From Ramazzottius varieornatus (Eukaryota > Animalia > Tardigrada): a stretch of 64,000 nt of DNA. Of this stretch, positions 45,354 through 58,437 are shown piece by piece (position 1 is the first letter of the stretch; each line of letters begins with the position of its first letter). Location: assembly GCA_001949185.1 (NCBI GenBank), contig BDGG01000004.1, positions 1,389,620 through 1,453,619 on the forward strand. Direction: 5' to 3'. A model generated the notes under the pieces. It ran no database searches and was not told the origin of the DNA. It was given only the letters and a program-made list of their open reading frames with translations. The translations under genes were made by a program, and so were the position numbers.

Positions 45354-47457
45354 ATGGATTCGGATTCCGATCGCTCGGACAGTCTTTGTGCAGAACCTCT
45401 CAGCCCTTTCAAGAACGACCAGGAACTGGAAAAAGAGCGGCGTTTCATCCCAGAAATGCTAAAGTTTTCCATCGAAAACATTCTTCGACCTGATTTTGGC
45501 TGCAAGATCAAACGTGAAAGACTCTCTCCGCGGCCCGACTTTTCGTCTCTCCATTCGTCCGATAATCAGTCGAAAGCTGCCTCGAACCTGGGGAACTGGC
45601 CGCCAGCGTGGGTCTTCTGCACAAGATACTCGGATCGACCTTCTGCTGGTAAGCCCCCCGTCGGTACTTTGAACTTCCATGTCACTTAAAGGGGAATTTC
45701 GTTGCAATATTCGACTAGATCTAAATCATACTGTTGATTTTTGACCAACCATGGTTCTCGGATAAAAAACCACAAAGACGATTGTATAAATAGTGAAAAT
45801 TCGACGCATACCACAAGCAAGATGTATGGGGCACATATTTTGCAGCAAGTATACCTGTTCAAACTGCTTTCCCGAATATTTTGAATTTTTCCTGTACATT
45901 TTGACCACAGCGCGCAGTTCACTGTGACCTTTAAGTTATTTCCATAAGGCTAGGCACTGCGCAGCATTTAGACACAATGAAATAACGACCTCTGGTGAGA
46001 AATAATAGTCGGCCGCATTCAGGTCTTGGTTCCAAGGTAAAAATTCGACTGACGAAAAGCACCAAAACAGAGCGTCAAATTTAACAGTAATTTTAAATGC
46101 GGATCGACTGCGTCTGGTTATGTAGATAGCGTTTCTTACTGAGTTTTGAATATCTGCAGGCTGATCAAAGAGTGCTAATTACCATCCGGGTAGATGCCTT
46201 ATGGAGATGACGCACCGATTTTCAGTTAAACTCAGGTGGTGGCTTTAATGTTCGCTAGCTACCAGTGATTCTCGGTCTGCCGCTAAACATCGTCTGAAAG
46301 AGTTGACGTGATAAGCTCGTAATTCAACTTTGGAATGGAACGATCGGACCATTGGTTCTCACAAAACTGTGCAGAGGTCAACTGTTAATTTGAAGCGATG
46401 CGACAGCAGCACACTTGAAAGCGCTCTACTGGCGGATATTACATGTTATCCATTCCGCGCAGATAGCAATTGACACACGTTCACCATGCATCACTGCGCG
46501 TAATCCTGTTGAAACTTTAACCATCCAAATTCTGCATGGTTTATCGTTTTCGGGCTATCTACAGAATTCCAGGACGACATCGCACGCATGCCTGCGACAG
46601 TTCCGATATTATCACAGTTTGCCTGTTTTTGAGTGCTCAACCTCACGGGCCAATTTAGCAATAAACAAGCACTTAACGTACCCAGTAGTGGGCGCATGCA
46701 ATTGAAGGGCTATCGTTAAGCGTCACGAATATGAGAAATTAACCGCTTTAACTATACCTGTGATCGTGGTGTCAACAGCGGGATACTTTCAATTTCCTCT
46801 CTATTATACCTGTCAGAGATAAGTCATCAGTATACGGCCTCGTGACCACACGCATTTGCTAACTGGATTCCTCACCATTCAATGATAGAATTTCATACGT
46901 CAAATTTTTGATTACTGAATGTCGAACAGTCTTATTGATTCGGAGTAAACGGTTAGACTTAATACAGCTCTTGCCGCTCCATTAATTAGTGCCCTTAGCT
47001 TATACTTTGCTTCAAATTACAGGTCCGAGATCGCGGCGTCCGAAACGCCGATCGGAGCGGAAGCCCGAAGACAAACGGCCGCGAACGGCTTTCACACAAG
47101 AACAGCTGGATAGACTGAAGAAAGAGTTCCACGAGAACCGCTATCTGACGGAAAAAAGACGTCAGGACCTCGCCAAAGACCTGCAGTTGAACGAGTCACA
47201 AATCAAGATATGGGTAGGTCCTCGAATCGAACTTTATAGTTTTTGTTTTATGCGTATCGTGCTAAATTCTTCTTTCACTACGAAACTGTGCTTATTTTAT
47301 TCTAAAAAATTTTCTGTAGTTCCAGAATAAGCGCGCCAAGTTGAAAAAGTCGAACGGGTGCCGCAACTCTCTGGCGCTGTCCCTTCTGTCACATGGCCTG
47401 TATAACCAACAAGGACAGCAAGACGACCAAGAAGTTGATCAATACTACAGCTCATAA
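45354..47457 (+). CDS. en: Engrailed homeobox protein; exons 45354-45648, 47023-47213, 47320-47457
   Basis: EH1 [14 protein letters not shown]; EH2 [18 protein letters not shown]; EH3 PRSRR; homeodomain [49 protein letters not shown]|[10 protein letters not shown]; EH5-like [14 protein letters not shown]. Confidence 0.96.
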
Positions 47458-49118
47458 TTCCAATCAGCACCTCTGAAAATTTCAGAATTATTTCCCCGTG
47501 AGATGATACATGTCGGTTGGCTCGCTTATAGTAACGCATGGCTTGAACGATAGCTGTTGTCTGCCTGCGTTTTTCAATTTAGCAGCTTTGCAATTTACCT
47601 CTGCACTGCCCTTTACGTACGACCCTTTGTGTTATTATTGCACGGTCTGTACACGGGGTACCGTCTGTAGTCACTACTCCACCATCAGGAAAACTGTTTT
47701 ACATGTATGTGATACGCTAACAACGGAGTTGTATCCCACTTAATATTCGGCTGAGCTGCACCGCAAATTTCTTGTAAAAATTCCTCCACTCAGAAATGAC
47801 ACCCTACGGAGAGAGAGCACGCGTTGAAGAGGAGGCAGAAATCCCGTGATGTGTGAGGTCTGTCTATTAAAAGTCAGAGACAAACACAAGTTCACAAGTC
47901 CGAGACGATCTCCTGCTAGGATCTCATCATTATCCTCTGACTTCTCGCTTCGAGTCTACGGTATTTCTATCGATACCAAATGAGGCTCAACCCGATCGGT
48001 AATTGCTACTTGCAAAGTGACATGTACTGTAACGGGATACCACAAGACCGCGTCGTGGTTGTTCAACTAAGTCACACGCCAAAACCGCATAACCTCGAGA
48101 TTTTGCGGCTTTCGCTCCGGAGACTCGACACTCATGCGGATGCATAGAACGGGTAAATTTAGGAGCACGGCACCTTTATGTTTGCTCCCTCGAGCTAGCC
48201 TAATGTTCCACAGGGTCATAAAATTACAAATTACGACGGTGTATTTTTGCCCAGTGTACTGATTTCAGTTGTTGAAGGCGGAAGCTGGTTTCGTCTGTTC
48301 GAATTCGAGGCCGATATTACAGTTTAAACGGTAACAGCAAAAGGCAGGTTGATTTCTGATGGCGGCTGAAGTGTAAATCATCTCCATCTCCTCTGATAAC
48401 TGAAGAATTGTTGACAGTTCTCCACCTTTTTTCCTGACGCCGTGTCTAGAACTATCCTTTCCAACGATGCTCCGAAAACTTACGCTGACTCAATTAATCT
48501 ACGCGTTAGCGGTCCTTGGAATGCTGCGCCTAGAGGAGCTGGCCTGTGTTGTTCCGGGCCCTCGTCTCCGCACGCCGTCAGCAATGAGTTCAGCCCATCT
48601 AGGGCACTTAAAACCTACGAAGACTCGGACCAGTAACCTGGAAAACAATCGTGGATTATTCCAACAGCATCTTGTCGGACTACCCATATTCATTACGATG
48701 CCCATCCGACAGGTGTATAACCTCGAAGACGAGTACCTCTTGTTCCGGTCCTCCTTCCTTCCACGATACCGAGCGCCTGGTGCCAAGGCCAAGAAGGAAG
48801 AAAAACGGACTGCAAAGACGGCGCTCCACCTGGATCCTTGAGCCAAAGAAAACTGGAGGACCACCCATTGCCACGCTGCAATCGTAGCCTTAGACCATCT
48901 TGAAGTCTTGAAACTGAATTTTAGCTTCATCGACCAGCCACGTTGGCTGCTTAGTGGCAGGTTTTATCGTTTGTAGCAGACTGGCCGACTATGTCTGATG
49001 GTAAATGTTCATCATAGGAAATATATGCAAGTGTGGTTTTATACTCTTTCGATTCATTGTTCGAGATCGTCGATAAAACGAAAACCTCCTTGTCAGGAAA
49101 ATAATGTGCAGAAAAAGT

Positions 49119-49189
49119 AGGTCGTACCGAGGGTCGAACTCGGGTCGACGGATTCAAAGTCCGACGTGCTACCACTACACCATACAACC
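49119..49189 (-). tRNA. tRNA-Gln (anticodon TTG)
   Basis: The reverse complement GGTTGTATGGTGTAGTGGTAGCACGTCGGACTTTGAATCCGTCGACCCGAGTTCGACCCTCGGTACGACCT folds as a cloverleaf with A and B boxes, followed by a T5 Pol III terminator. Confidence 0.93.
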
Positions 49190-49840
49190 AATTTGTGCTT
49201 TGGAACAAAGTTAATCGTCCTAGATGGTTGTCACAATTTTACGATTTTAATCTGGGAGTTTGCGGTGACGACTAGAATGACGGAAGATGCCACTTGTCAG
49301 TTCCTATGGAATCATTTTTCTTCAGGCTCCATCCGCAAACCTTTCGCACAAATCGGCTGAAACACAACATCTTCTCGGGTATCCAAGTGCAGTACGACCT
49401 GTAGGTAAGTCGCGCATTCGTCCCTCTGTGATAATCTTTGACTAGACAAGGTGGGATCGTTGAGGTCTAGTCGTCTTCGCAGGTATTCGGAACTCAGCGG
49501 AAGTGTGAAAGGATCGTCGAACTGTTGAACTGCGCCTTCATTCGATACCTCGTCTTGAGAACAGAATCTTTTGGACCTTCCAGATTAAGCCTCCCATAAG
49601 TGGCTGCTGCAGTATCCACTAGCGACGCGCGATAACTGCTGTTTGTTAGTTGAGTAGCAAGTTGCTCGTATTGTCGACGTTTGGTTTGCTGAAGGCATTA
49701 TCCCGTCACTGTGCACACGAAGCCTGATCTTGGTGATATGTGATTCTGTTACTGTCATCTCCCCTTGCTGGCTTCGATCTGAAGAAGTCCTGCGGACGGT
49801 GTGAAGTGGATGCTTGTGCAAGAAACAGTTCGCGGTTGTC

Positions 49841-51770
49841 ATGCCTTCGAGTAGCTCATCTAGCGGATCTCCCGATATGCATAGCTTCCTCGCATCGTAT
49901 GGCATACCCCTAGCAGCAGGACTCACCGCGGTTCTTGGGGGACTCTCCTATCAGCTCTACCGGTGGTACCTGGTAAGGTCACAGAAGAATGAGAGATCGA
50001 GAGATTTACTCGCGAGAGCGCGATCGGCTCCAGGGGAACTTCCGCTCGTCAGGTTAGTGTTTTCGTACCGTTATGATAATTATTTCCATTACCTTTTATT
50101 CGGGTATATCTTAATAATTAGACCAATCTACATGGGTGGCGAAGAACAGTTTCGGTCCGTTGTCCGAGCGTCCAACTTGACCAAAGAGGTATAATGCCGA
50201 AATGCTCAGTTTTAGTGCTACCAGTTCTCCGCTTTGCGGAACACTGTGCTGCTGCGTGACTTGCATGGTTTCTTACCCCTGCTGTCTTGCGATTACAGTT
50301 AAAGGCAGTGCTGTGTCGAGATGGAGTATACATCGGAAACCCTGAAAAGGTAGTCCAGAAATTAGAGAAAATGCTCGCTGATGGAGCAGATCGCTTCCAG
50401 GTTGTAACGGACTTTGATGCGACCCTTACAAGGTGAGGATTTGTTCGCACTTGCTGTTACCATACTATACGGTCTTCAAATCCACATGCTCTTGTGTACA
50501 GATATCACCGAGATGGAGTCAGATGTTCCAGTTCGTACGGTGAGTACAGCTCGATCCTTATGACCGTGGTACCATCAAGGTTCGTGACTGACGGACGGCC
50601 ATTCTGCCATTAGGTATTCTGGATTCGAACTCTATGTTCCCTTCGTGGTTCAGAGAGGAAGTAAGCGTTTAGTTTTTTGATGCAATGCGCTTTGTGCTCC
50701 ATCAGCTTCTAATGTCATGCAGCTCCTGCTTCGTCTACAGACAGATCGACTTCGAAAGAAATATTACCCCATCGAACTTGATCCTGCTTTGACAGTCGAG
50801 GAAAAGACTCCTCTCAGTAAGTACCACAATTCGTGCTAAGTTGCCACAGATTCTTTATGACTGAATATGTGTTTCATTTGATTTCATATCATTCGGTTGT
50901 TAGTGAAGGACTGGTGGACGAAAGCACATGATGCCCTGAAGCAAACTAACCTGAATCAGAGCTGGCTACCGAAGATGGTGCAAGAGTCCTCGGTGGAAAT
51001 GAGGTATCGTTTGTTTTGTTTGACCTCGTGGGCAGTCTATGGTCACGCAGTGTTCACTTATTTTTGTGTAGGGACCGGACTGGAGTTCTCTTTGCCATAC
51101 TCGACCACTGCAATATACCGCTTTTGATTTACTCTGCCGGGATCGGTGATCTCATCAAGGGTAGGAAGCTCCTGCTGCCCATGGTACTAGGTCGACTTTC
51201 TCCTGACGCTATTATGCTTGCAGAAGTATTGATCCAGAGGTGCAGTTTCAAGAACTTTACGGAGCCTCCGCTGATAGTTGCTAACTACATGAAGTTCTCA
51301 GACAAGGCTAGTGTTGTCTTCGGGTGTTAGTTATACTTGGAGCTACTGGAAAACGTTTCATGTGGAATATCTGTTTTTAGGGTGCCTTGATTGGATTTAG
51401 CGAAGAGCTGATCCACACCTTCAACAAACACGAAATCTTCCCTCACCATCTCGACTACTTCGCAAAGCACAAGAATAGAACGAATGTTTTGCTGATGGGA
51501 GACATGACGGGCGATTTGCGGATGGCGGACGGCATGAGCCACCGGGAAACTCTTGTCACCATCGGCTTCCTGAACTCGAAAGTTCACGAATCCTTCGCCC
51601 TCTACCGGGACAGTTTTGACATCGTCTTGATAGACGACCAAACACAAGACGTTCCCGTGAGTGTGGCACTGGCCCAGAGTTTATTTTATCTCACCCACCT
51701 GTGCATCTTTGCGTTTTGCTTTCAGATCGCGATTGTGGAGGCAATAATAAAGGGGGCATCTTCGGATTGA
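49841..51770 (+). CDS. NT5C3: Cytosolic 5'-nucleotidase III (HAD family) with an N-terminal hydrophobic segment, multi-exon
   Basis: HAD motif VVTDFDATLT, plus KYYPIELDP..EEKTP, WWTKAH, IPLLIYSAGIGD, LIHTFNK, NVLLMGDMTGDLRMADG, IGFLN and FDIVLIDDQT. Confidence 0.92.
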
Positions 51771-52057
51771 GTTTAGAAAATTTGGCTTGGTATTTGACTG
51801 GTTAACGAATGAAGCCTCATAATGATCTTTTGTTCGCCGTACTTCCGGTTGCACTCCCGGATGGTTCTCGGTGTGCGTTGATGTGAGAATCCGCCCTTTT
51901 CGGTACTTTTGGTTCGTATATTTGCGTCAGGTTGACGCACTATTGTTCTGATGGTTCTGCTTCTCTTCTGTAACTTTTATTCTTTACAGTAGAACTATTT
52001 ACATCCGGCTGAAAAAATTTCAACCAGCTTCTTAAAGAAATAAAATGACAAAAAGAC

Positions 52058-55000
52058 TTAAAACAGTTTACAATAATTCCGCCGAAGATTATCTACATTT
52101 TCACCTTTCAGTTCACATTCTCGAAGAAACGCACCAAACGACTGACAAAGACACGAACGCCGTGGACAATCACATAAGTCTACGAGGCATGCTCGCCAGT
52201 AGGGACTCGGGTCCACCAGTCGTCTGCAGTTCCTTGTAGCTGTGCTTTTAAATATACTACACTCCCGTATTATCCGCAGGCTCTTCCTCAGTGGAGAGTT
52301 TGGACAGGGTAGGTTACGAGTGGCCCGAGAACGGGGCTGCAGTTGTTGAGGCAGTTCAGTGTCGACGATGGCGCATCTTGAAGTGTCGCCCTTCTTGCCA
52401 ACTAGCCACGACGTGGCGAACTCGGCAACGTCTTCCGTAATTTTTTTGGTTTCCTTCAGCGCGAAGTCATCTGTGGAGTTCCCATCTATAAAGCAAATCG
52501 AGAATTATTACCCGCTGTGGTACACAGGAACTGCAAGAATCCCGTTTTCATATTCATACTCACTGTAGTTGCCGCATAATCCACAAACTGCAAAAACCCC
52601 ATTCGTCATGCAAGGTGACGAACTAGCTCTTAAGACTTTGTGTGTTGTACCTTGATTTCGGTACTGCCAGGGCATCGTTATCTCCACGAAGCTATCGCCA
52701 TCCCACACGACCTTCATCCCAAGCGCAGTTCTGACCTGTGGATAGAAAGGCAAACTCTGGCTAGAGGTACGCAGCACCAGGTGGCGCTGTCCGAGCCCGA
52801 GACCGCGGTGAATCTCTCTGCAGAATTTCTGCGTGGTTTCTATTAAAGATGATTGAGACCTTACTTACGATGATATTGTACCCTGTAGTTACGATGTTAA
52901 CTGCCCCGAGATTGAAGTAAGGCAACTTTACTTCCTTTCTGTCAACCCTAACGCGAAGTTTCTGCAGAAGAACAATCTGCAGGTTCTCAGCAAAGATGGC
53001 CACAGATTTGGTCCACGTGAAATGAGAAGACCGCCGAGCATTGTTACGCAGCTGAACTTCGAATCTTTTGTGCTTTCTTGAGTTGCAGTCCTCCACTGCA
53101 ATGTATTTGCAGCGACCTACGGAACCGAAAGTAATGTACAGGTGGAGAGGGTTCCTCGGTGAGCAGAACTCGTACCTTGAAAACTGAAGCTCTTTCCGTC
53201 GAAGGACTTGTAATGTGGATCCCCATAGACGGTACAAGTCGCCGTTTTCGGAACACAGATTGAGCAGCAGAGAGACTGGTCCTTGTACTCCACTTCGTCA
53301 GGCTTACACTGAATCGTTGAGCAGGTCTGTACAGTGCACTTCACATGTCCGTTCTCGCATTTGCACTGGGCACAAGGTTCATCCGCGATGTTCCACGTCT
53401 GTCCATTCTACAATACTAGAGAGGTTATGCGAAGGCGGAGGAAAGAATTATTGCTGTGAAATCCTGGAACATAGGGACCGCGAATCGTTTCCGGTGGAGG
53501 TCTTCGCGATTCAGAGAACAATGAGTATGTTGTACCTGGTATGTGGCTTCTTCGGTTTCACAGTACAAGAGCGCATTACTTTGGCATCTCGGACAACATT
53601 CTCCCGCTCTTCTTTGCTGGAAATCCGTCGGACACAGCAGCACTGGATTAACGGAACTATTTGGTATATCCGTCAGAGACTTGACTTATTGAGTAAAAAT
53701 TTCTGCAAATTGTTCTTACCTGGACAAACGCTTCTTTTGCAAAGAACCGTAGATGCCTGTACGAACGAGATTTGTATATTGGCACGGGCAACTGGCACAA
53801 CCGGAAAAGGCTTTGCCGGAACGAACGAATGGTTAATAATTTTCGACTACGCCATTCTGTGACGTTACCTGCATACAGACGCAGGTGGTACATTGATCGA
53901 CGTTATACTGCTGATCCGGCTTCAACACTTTCAGCCCAATCATGCATTTGTTCTTGATGGACACCTGAAGAGCGCGAATTGTGAACAGGTCTCAGACTTT
54001 TCTTTTCATCAAATAACACCGCCAGTGAAAGAAGCGCTCACTATCTTCCGAAATCCATCGCACTTCGGACAACACGGATTGGCGGGGTCGTAAATATAGT
54101 TGCTCACCGAGCAGGCCAGCACAGGGCACGCTACATAACAAAAACATGCTCATACTGATACCAGGAAGTACAAGAAAGGGGGCGAGAAAGGAAAAGGCTG
54201 AGACTTCAGGCTTACCATTTTTATCACAGATCAAGCTTCCATTCTACAAGTGAAACTGTGTTACAGCGTTTCCTTACAAAAACTGTAATACGCATAGTTA
54301 GTCATCAGTCCAATCTCACCTCGCACCGACAGGTCACACAGGGATCGGACGTAATAGGAACGACGTCGCCTTCGGCATAGGCTTTGCCGTTTGCGTAGCA
54401 GCCTTGAAGAATTGATAAGTGTAGTAGTTCCATGTTAACATGATTGAAAACGTCATGAGTGTTTTGGCGGATAGAGTAGCTTTCTACCTTTGCATACAGC
54501 ACAGCACTGGTCTTTCACGGGAACTGGGTTGCTGCAGGTCGCATAGCAGACAGTCTTGACCGTTTTGGTGATTATGCCGTCGTTGCACTGGTACGACGCG
54601 CAAGGGTCCACGGGAGATTCCCATTTCTCGCCAGAGGAAAATGTCTGATTGTTCATCTGGCATCCTTTGCAGCGGTTACAACACCTGTCTTCATCCTCAG
54701 TGTCATATAGGTGGAAATAGCATTTTCCGGCTGCTGGATGCGGACATTTCCGCCTTTCACACGTAATTTTATAGTTCTGCAAAAGGAAAAAGTCTGATTA
54801 GATTTTTTCAGTTGGAAAATCGACCACGCACAACCAATGTAACGGACAGGCCATCAATCAATCAAGTTCATAGTTGGATCTTCGAGAGAGACTTTTCGTT
54901 CGTATGGTGTTCGAATGATAGGTTAATCACGGACTGCACGCATCCACACTGGGAGAGCCACGTGCGAAATATGTTCGAAGCTCTTAATTATAGGGCGTAT

Positions 55001-56578
55001 GAAATCGTCCACCAGAACATATGTGTTGTGGGAAGAGATAGATAATCCCTGCTCGACAACAGGAAGCAGGGTGTGGATAGGACACACAACAGCTCAACGA
55101 GTATATTTTATTCCACCAGTATAATATACTGGCGCTGTCCATGTGCACGCTCATCAAATTAAGCTGGTCTGTTTACAAAGAAAGCCCATTCTTCGGTAGA
55201 ACAAGGTGAATGATAATGGAGATTCACAGAGTAAACACAAGGACAAGAAAGCCGAAAAGAATTCTAGTCCATAAATTGTTTCGACCAGTTTGCCGAAGGG
55301 ATTATGACTGAGAGACACTTTCGTACCATCTCCAGAGGCCAATCACTTCCTTGTGACTACATAGTATCTGTCGAATGGTTCTTCTTTGGCTTGAGAGTTT
55401 TCAATGGAACTTTAATAATTATTGTCGCAAATTTCAACCAGATGTCCATCACATTTCCTAACGTTGATTTTCTTCCCCTTTTGCACGAGTTTACATCGAG
55501 CACATGCCAATGTCATATCATATGACAATCGCCCACATGCTCGTGTTATTCTTAGCCACGAGCAGGACAGCAGGTTAATTGCTGTAGATTGCAGTCGCGG
55601 TTTGCTGCAGTTGATCTGAGGTCGCGAGCCTTTCGTAGTTGCAACCGCATCACATTATCTAGATTGTTTGTTTAATGATAAGGTGGCATACCTTGGGCAA
55701 TCCATCGCATATTGGGTTACAATTTTCGTCATCAGAATAAACGAAACCGGGCAAAACTGAGATACAAATTCAGACTCACGAAGGCAGTGAAACTGTCTGC
55801 CGGTCTGCGGACCGAACTGCAGACTGGCAAATCCCTTCGGCCAAAGCGAGTTGCTACCGTGTACGCAGCTAGAGAAAAGGAATGAGACGCTTAATAGCGA
55901 GTAATTAACTTGGAACAATGCTGCTATTGTCAACATGTAGACATTAGTGCACTGACAGCGATTCATCCTCGTCGTGTGTGATGTCTCTGATATAGTCGTG
56001 CTGATAATGGTACTTAATTTGTCGTCGATAAATGGATAACTCAATAAGTTTCGAGTGAGTTAATGGGAAAGTGCTTCGTTCTCTGGTCAAGAGTTCTTGG
56101 GATCCCAACAGGTCGTTCAAATTCGGAAGATTATATTTTCTTACCACACACTTGCAGGTTATGCAGGGCGTCGTAATATCGGGGATTTCGATGTCGGCGC
56201 CCTCTTCTTGGCAATATGCCGGTTCACCTGCAAATACATGGAGATACAAAGTTTAAAGCCGATTAACATGACAATCCGTCTAATGATATCGAGAACAGAA
56301 GCTCTACTTTATGTGAAAGGACATGCTGCGAAACATGTCCGACACGGTGAGCGACAAGGCAACGAGGCGGAAGATAGGCGCCAGAAATCGCTTGACAACT
56401 CTTTATGGCGGCCCGATGGCGCCATCCTCCGCCGATTATATTAACCTGCCCCATTGATATTACCTTGTAAAAATTGTCCGGATGCTCTTGTCATGACCCC
56501 AATACAGAACATTAATAACAGGACGCCGCTCCAACGGGGAAGTGAGTCCTTGATGCACCAACGCCAATGAACAATCAT
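52058..56578 (-). CDS. BMPER: BMP-binding endothelial regulator / crossveinless-2: signal peptide, VWC repeats, VWD and C8 domains
   Basis: Signal-like exon MIVHW...GVLLLMFCIGVMTRASGQFLQG, then CQEEG..PCITCKC, tandem VWC repeats, a VWD with CTVYGDPHYKSFDG, FTWTKSV, VVWDGDSFVEI and CGLCGNY, and a C8 domain (CRRLVDPSPYWRACLVDLCDC); stop at 52058. Confidence 0.92.
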
Positions 56579-57951
56579 CTTGCGGACTCATAGCAATCGG
56601 TCAAAAATCCCTCATCATTCCAGTGGTTCTTCGCGCTCGTACGATACATTGGTCAAAGCATTCTGCGTTCCAGACCAACTAGAAAAAACTTAAGGGAAAA
56701 AACATTCGGGCTCTTCGAAAAGTCGTTGACAACTGCGTTGAGCTTCAAGTGGCGGTCCCCAGAACCTTTAGTTAGCAGAACAGAAAGGCGCAATGTGTGA
56801 AATACGACCGAGACGCATCTTGGGCAAGAGCAGGTGAAGATTATTTTACGTCCAAAGTATCAAAGTTTACACAGTCACCGTGAGATATTGATTTCAGTGA
56901 GTATGTGAGAAATAACTAGGTCTCGTTTTTGCACAGAACCATTGGAAAGTAAAGATAATAAGAAGAGCAACTGATGGAAGGTGTAAATAACCTTCAAGTG
57001 CACCTTACATCTGCCTGTCTTTCTGGATGGACGCTAAGTATGCCACGCCTATCTTTCCTGCCTTATCGCCCAGACATGCGTATAACATAACTTCCAAGGT
57101 ATCGTGTGCGGTTTCGGCCAAAGACTTAGGAGCTTCTCTACAGCAAGAGCGCGAAGTAAACCCTTCTGCTTTCCGGAGTATCAGCTTGGTTATACTTATA
57201 CCGTAGGTTCGCTTTCGAGCAGGAGGACCCCGGCGTCGATAAGGACCTTTCAAAAGAGACACTTTTGTTTATTGCTTAAGCAGAAGTCTTGGTCTATGCT
57301 CCCGGCAGCTTGATCTAAGACTTCCCAGACATAGGCAGTAAAGGCTTCCATCTAGGAGCCGCCTTTGGTGGAAAAGAAAACACTTGAAGGCTATCTTCCA
57401 AGACAAATACCCCAGGTAAGGAACTTCAAACAACCTTATCGCGTACAGCGACAATACACATCATAGTTGTGCTTAATCCGTACCGTTTCTTGTCGAAAGC
57501 TGTCCGAGTTCCATTGCGGGAATAGTACAGACAACTTGTGATTCGGCGGACTCTCCGGGTGAGCGTTCCTTGTACGACCAAAAGCTTGATGCAACTTGCA
57601 CAGGTGAGGTGTTTTTTACACGATTTCCCACCCACACCGTCTAGGATATTGAAGGAAAACCCCAAAACCGGAATAAGTCACGCGTTGACAGGACTCTCCA
57701 TTTTTAACTTCCCTCAGCGTACGTATCGGATGTGACTAATGTCAATAGATATTCTGGGACCGGAAATCTCCGTTCAGGGTAGAAGTAGGATCAAGCCAAA
57801 TACGAGGTCCGCACTCACAGGTTATAGCAAAAAACTGTTCTCAAAAATCACACGGTCAAGTGGCTCACTTACTAGCCCAGTGAGCTGCTATAAGCAGGTA
57901 AAATAGAAAGGACAATCTAAATCTTTCGACTCAAAGGTCTGCACTACTGAA

Positions 57952-58437
57952 TCATGCACCTGGTTTCTGAGTCGGTTTACCCACAGGAGGAGCATCCTTC
58001 AGGACACCACCGGTATTGATTGCATTTATTTCGTCCTGTTCCATTTGCCTCCGGCGATATCTTGCGGGGACTTCCTCCAACTTTACTGCTTCTCTCGGGG
58101 AACTGTTGGTCGAACTTGTTCGTTGGTTGGGAGCTGAACCTACGAGCAAAAACAGGAAGGTAAGGGACAGTTGAAACGGGCGTGGAGCGCGTAAGGAACG
58201 TCAAGCTCACCTGACGACTGCTGTGAAGATTCAGCATGTTCTTTTCCATACCGGAATCTTATCATGGGGATACGGGGCTTCATCTGTAAGAGTAAAACAC
58301 AATATGGTGACGAGTGTTGCCACAGAGGGATTTTTCCCGACTTCGGGCCAGTCTGTATATCGCATAGTACGTATAGTACGTATGTCATGTCAATCACTGA
58401 GGCCTACCGAGGAGGCTTTCGAAGCTAACCAGGCCAT
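57952..58437 (-). CDS. MRPS36: MRPS36 / alpha-ketoglutarate dehydrogenase component 4 (KGD4), 3 coding exons
   Basis: MAWLASKASS|MKPRIPMIRF...|...EEVPARYRRRQMEQDEINAINTGG matches the KPH.PLIRF N-motif and the P.RYRR...EE...I..GG C-motif of the family. Confidence 0.82.

Noticed and set aside
45649-47022. invected-type RS microexon in the engrailed EH2/EH3 intron
   Set aside because: I found no AG-flanked 6-nt candidate followed by a GT donor by eye.
57005-57760. Small gene between BMPER and MRPS36
   Set aside because: Short ORFs without recognisable homology or a convincing splice structure.
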